Part shown: piece by piece, positions 62,552-64,000 of the stretch
Layout of the letters: each line of letters begins with the position of its first letter
Position numbering within the stretch: the first letter of the stretch is position 1
The notes under the pieces: model-generated
The model's input: only the letters and a program-made list of their open reading frames with translations
What the model was told of the DNA's origin: nothing
Database searches by the model: none
Source of the DNA: Mobula hypostoma
Lineage: Eukaryota
Assembly: GCF_963921235.1 (NCBI RefSeq)
Contig: NC_086108.1
Coordinates: forward strand, 70,992,001 to 71,056,000
Direction of reading: 5' to 3'
Length of the DNA: 64,000 nucleotides
Translations under genes and position numbers: made by a program

Positions 62552-63090
62552 GAACTGTGCTCAGTTCTGGTCACCTCACTATAGGAAGGACATGGAAACC
62601 ATAGAAAGGGTGCAGAGGAAATTTACAAGGATGTTGCCTGAATTGGGGAGCATGCCTTATGAGAATAGGTTGAGTGAACTCGGCCTTTTCTCCTTGGAGT
62701 GACGGAGGATGAGAGGTGACCTGATAGAGGTGTATAAGATGATGAGAGGCATTGATCGTGTGGATAGTCAGAGGCTTTTCCCCAGGGCTGAAATAGCTAG
62801 CACAAGAGGGCATAGTTTTAAGGTGCTTAGAAGTAGGTACAGGGGAGATGTCAGGGGTATGTTTTTTACACAGAGATTGGTGAGTGTGTGGAATGGGCTG
62901 CCGGCGGCAGCGGTGGAGGCGGAAACGATGGGGTCTTTTAAGAGTCTCCTGGATGGCTACATGGAGCTTAGAAAAATAGAGGGCTATGGGTAAAGCCTAA
63001 GTAGTTCCAAGGTAGGGACATGTTTGGCCCAGCTTTGTGGGCCGAAGGGCCTTTATTGTGCTGTAGGTTTTCTATGTTTCTATGTTTTTC
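62552..63090 (+). mobile_element. CR1 LINE 3' fragment
   Basis: ORF 62709-62993 (MRGDLIEVYKMMRGIDRVD...FFTQR...WNGLP) and a TTTCTATG-type tail. Confidence 0.88.
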
Positions 63091-63681
63091 TGTGTTTTTG
63101 CAGCTGGCTGTTCTGCTATATGCTTCTGATTTTGTGAATTCCCAAATTCACTAGTTTTTACGTATTCATTCAAGGGCACAATATAATGTAGTCTTGAACA
63201 GAGGACAGATTTTTAGTTTCTATTTATCAATAACTTGCAATGTTCACCATTCACTTGGTAGATATAGAATGCAGTGTGATTTGGAACTCCATTCTAAGTG
63301 GACTGATTGTATTTGGAGGGTTGATCATTCTAGTGAATGCTATAATTGGACTTATCACAAGGATAGGTAAGAGATTTTTCACATTTTGCACTTCTGGACA
63401 TTATGGATTAACCCCATTCCACCCCCCCCCCCGCAACACTCCGCTTCCCGCACTGATCACTCCCTCTGCGATTCCCTTATCCATGCGTTCCTCTCCACTA
63501 GTTGCCCTCCTGGCACTTATCCCTGCAAATGGAAGAAGTGTTACATCTGCCCATCCGTCTCTCTCATCTCCATTGCTTTTAGAACTTTAATGCAGTACCA
63601 AAACAAATACAAAATTATTGCCAGAGGTGTTGTCTTATGAAGAGAATTTAAACTGGTACACTCAGCTTTCTGAGGTGGATT

Positions 63682-64000
63682 CATAGAACATAGAATAGTA
63701 CAGCACAGTACAGGCCCTTCGGCCCACAATGTTGTGCCGACCCTCAAACCCTGCCTCCCATATAAGCCCCCACCTTAGATTCCTCCATATACTTGTCTAG
63801 TAGTCTCTTAAACTTCACTAGTGTATCTGCCTCCACCACTGACTCAGGCAGTGCATTCCACGCACCAACCACTCTCTGAGTAAAAAACTTTCCTCTAATA
63901 TCCCCCTTGAACTTTACATACCTTACCTTAAAGCCATGTCCTCTTGTATTGAGCAGTGGTGCCCTGGGGAAGAGGCGCTGGCTATCCACTCTATCTATTC
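63682..64000 (-). mobile_element. CR1 LINE 3' end, runs off the window
   Basis: CATAGAA repeat tail and ORF 63744-63989 (TRGHGFK...FFTQRVVGAWNALP). Confidence 0.88.

Overview
Vertebrate genomic DNA. The repeat families and the protein sequence suggest a cartilaginous fish, probably a ray or skate (inference). The window holds the promoter and first five coding exons of importin-13 (IPO13, + strand; CDS pieces 2881-2943, 23219-23952, 44864-45004, 46045-46186, 62213-62379, together 1247 nt), and the gene continues past the window end. Its introns (20.3, 20.9, 1.0 and 16.0 kb) are filled with decayed, often nested transposable elements: many CR1 LINEs, Rex1/Babar-like LINEs, RTE, HERO-like and Penelope fragments, two solo-LTR-like elements, a hAT/Buster fossil, a full-length dead Tc1 (DD34E), an internally deleted Tigger/pogo element, V-SINE pieces and an intron-containing tRNA-Ile(TAT) pseudogene. 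Almost all long ORFs in the track are TE fragments or their antisense shadows. I see no convincing new multi-gene system. The most interesting signals are degenerate hammerhead-ribozyme motifs in Penelope termini, a fold-back hairpin next to exon 2, non-autonomous LINE and Tigger derivatives, and the tRNA-Ile/SINE composite. All family assignments come from motif recognition by eye, not from database searches, and TE boundaries are approximate unless a TSD or TIR is quoted.
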